64,000 nt of DNA, from assembly GCA_963555995.3 (NCBI GenBank), contig OY821641.1:2272001-2336000 (forward strand). Reading direction: 5' to 3'. The notes beneath the pieces were generated by a model. The model made no database searches, was not told the origin of the DNA, and saw nothing but the letters and a program-made list of their open reading frames with translations. The translations under genes and the position numbers were made by a program. The DNA comes from Vicinamibacteria bacterium (lineage in GTDB: Bacteria > Acidobacteriota > Vicinamibacteria > Marinacidobacterales > Marinacidobacteraceae). Below, piece by piece: positions 62,590 through 64,000 of the stretch (position 1 is its first letter; the number at the start of each line of letters is the position of its first letter).

Positions 62590-63573
62590 GTGGCACTGAT
62601 CCTGACGGAGCGGGAGGTCGCCGAAGTCCTCTCGATGAAGGAGGCCGTGAGGCTTCTCGAAGAGTCGTTCCGGCTCCACGCCGAGGGGCGGACGCAGCTT
62701 GCGCCGCGCCTCGTGATGCCGCTCAGCGGGGTGGCGGGGAACTTCCGGATCATGGCGGCGGTGATCCCGGACATGGGCGGCTTCGGCCTGAAGACCCTGA
62801 CCGGGACCCCGGGGAAACGGGCGCCCGAGGACACCTACTTCGCGCTCCTCTACTTCGACACCGAAACCGGGGCGCTCCGGGCGGTGATGCCGGGGACCCA
62901 CATCACCGGCACCCGCACCGGGGCCGCCAGCGGGGTGGCGACCCGGCACCTGGCGCGGGAGGACGCCACCTCGCTCGGGCTCATCGGGGCGGGCTTCCAG
63001 GGCCGGAACCAGGTGGCGGCGGTGCGCGAGGTGCGGGACATCCGCACCGTCCGCATCCACGACGTGTTTCCGGAAGCCGCGGCCCGCTACGCGGCGGCGC
63101 TGTCCGCGGAGGGTCTCGACGCGGAACCGGTGGAGACCGCCGAAGCCGCCGTCCGCGGCCTCGACGTGGTGTGCGCCGCCACCACCGCGAAGGAGCCGGT
63201 CATCCTGGCGGACTGGCTCGAACCCGGGATGCACGTGAACTCGGTGGGCGCGAACGCCCCCGTGAAACGTGAGGTCGAAGCGGCGGCGTTCTCCCGCTGC
63301 CGGGTGGTGCTCGACTTCCGCGAGCAGGTGCTGGGCGAAGCCGGGGACCTGATGGCGGCGGTCCGGGACGGGGACTTCCCCGAGAGCGCCATCCACGCGG
63401 AACTCGGCGACGTCGTGGCCGGCCGGGTCGCCGGCCGGGAGTCGGCGCAGGACATCACCCTGTTCAAGTCGGTCGGCGTGGCCATCGAGGACGTCGCCTG
63501 CGCCGCCTTCGTTTACGACGAGGCGCGAAAGCGCGGACTCGGCCAGCCGATGCGCCTCCAGGACGCGAGTTAG
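62590..63573 (+). CDS. Ornithine cyclodeaminase/mu-crystallin family protein
   Basis: RTGAASG, GAGFQG, NSVGA, LFKSVGVAIED. Confidence 0.92.
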   Translation: MALILTEREVAEVLSMKEAVRLLEESFRLHAEGRTQLAPRLVMPLSGVAGNFRIMAAVIPDMGGFGLKTLTGTPGKRAPEDTYFALLYFDTETGALRAVMPGTHITGTRTGAASGVATRHLAREDATSLGLIGAGFQGRNQVAAVREVRDIRTVRIHDVFPEAAARYAAALSAEGLDAEPVETAEAAVRGLDVVCAATTAKEPVILADWLEPGMHVNSVGANAPVKREVEAAAFSRCRVVLDFREQVLGEAGDLMAAVRDGDFPESAIHAELGDVVAGRVAGRESAQDITLFKSVGVAIEDVACAAFVYDEARKRGLGQPMRLQDAS

Positions 63574-63597
63574 GACCGAGTCAACCCGAGGTCGGAC

Positions 63598-64000
63598 ATG
63601 CAGCACACCACCGAACGGTTCACCTCGCGCTGGGGCGTCCTGCTCGCCACCATCGGGATGGCGGTCGGCACCGGGAACATCTGGCGCTTTCCGCGGATCG
63701 CGGCGCAGAACGGGGGCGGGGAGTTCCTGATCCCGTGGGTGATCTTCCTCTTCCTGTGGGCGATCCCGCTGGTGCTGGCCGAGTTCGCGCTCGGGAAGAG
63801 CTCCCGGCGGGGGCCGGCGGTCGCCTACGGCGTCGCCACCGGCGCCCGGCACAACTGGATGGGGGTCTTCGTCGGGCTCGTCACCACCTTCATCACCTTC
63901 TACTACACGGTGGTCACCGGCTGGTGCCTCAAGTACCTGGTGAGTTCCTCCGTCGGCGATCTGCAGGGCGCCGACCCGCAGGCGTTCTGGGACAACTTCA
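63598..64000 (+). CDS. Neurotransmitter:sodium symporter (NSS) family transporter, truncated by the window end
   Basis: MQHTTERFTSRWG..GMAVGTGNIWRFP..NGGGEF..FYYTVV. Confidence 0.92.
   Translation, partial: MQHTTERFTSRWGVLLATIGMAVGTGNIWRFPRIAAQNGGGEFLIPWVIFLFLWAIPLVLAEFALGKSSRRGPAVAYGVATGARHNWMGVFVGLVTTFITFYYTVVTGWCLKYLVSSSVGDLQGADPQAFWDNF

Overview
High-GC bacterial window. The gene content (NHL, VPS10 and Pro-Glu-rich lipoproteins, many TA modules, AAA-nuclease paralogues) resembles host- or sponge-associated Acidobacteriota; this is an inference, not a determination. The backbone is housekeeping or metabolic: tkt, ltaE-type aldolase, carAB, a radical SAM fusion, PatB-type lyase, an amidase with two asparaginase homologues, LarA and FAH proteins, and a proline/imino-acid cluster. 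It is interrupted by accessory patches at about 3.2-13.9, 18.9-21.5, 25.9-30.3, 47.4-48.3, 55.2-56.0 and 58.3-59.5 kb, and by more than 25 REP-like palindromes, often paired as MITE-like units. Best leads: (1) a mosaic Cys-rich surface lipoprotein ORF bracketed symmetrically by 10-bp inverted repeats next to an arm-less tyrosine recombinase; (2) a promoter, a structured ~65-nt RNA and a terminator directly ahead of a DUF3800 gene; (3) a one-gene AAA-nuclease cassette in an attL/attR-like arrangement with an 'empty' site nearby; (4) a tRNA-like cloverleaf in a low-GC island; (5) a polarised, spacerless 32-bp array abutting a transposon-like end. All calls come from reading the sequence and motifs by eye; no searches were run.
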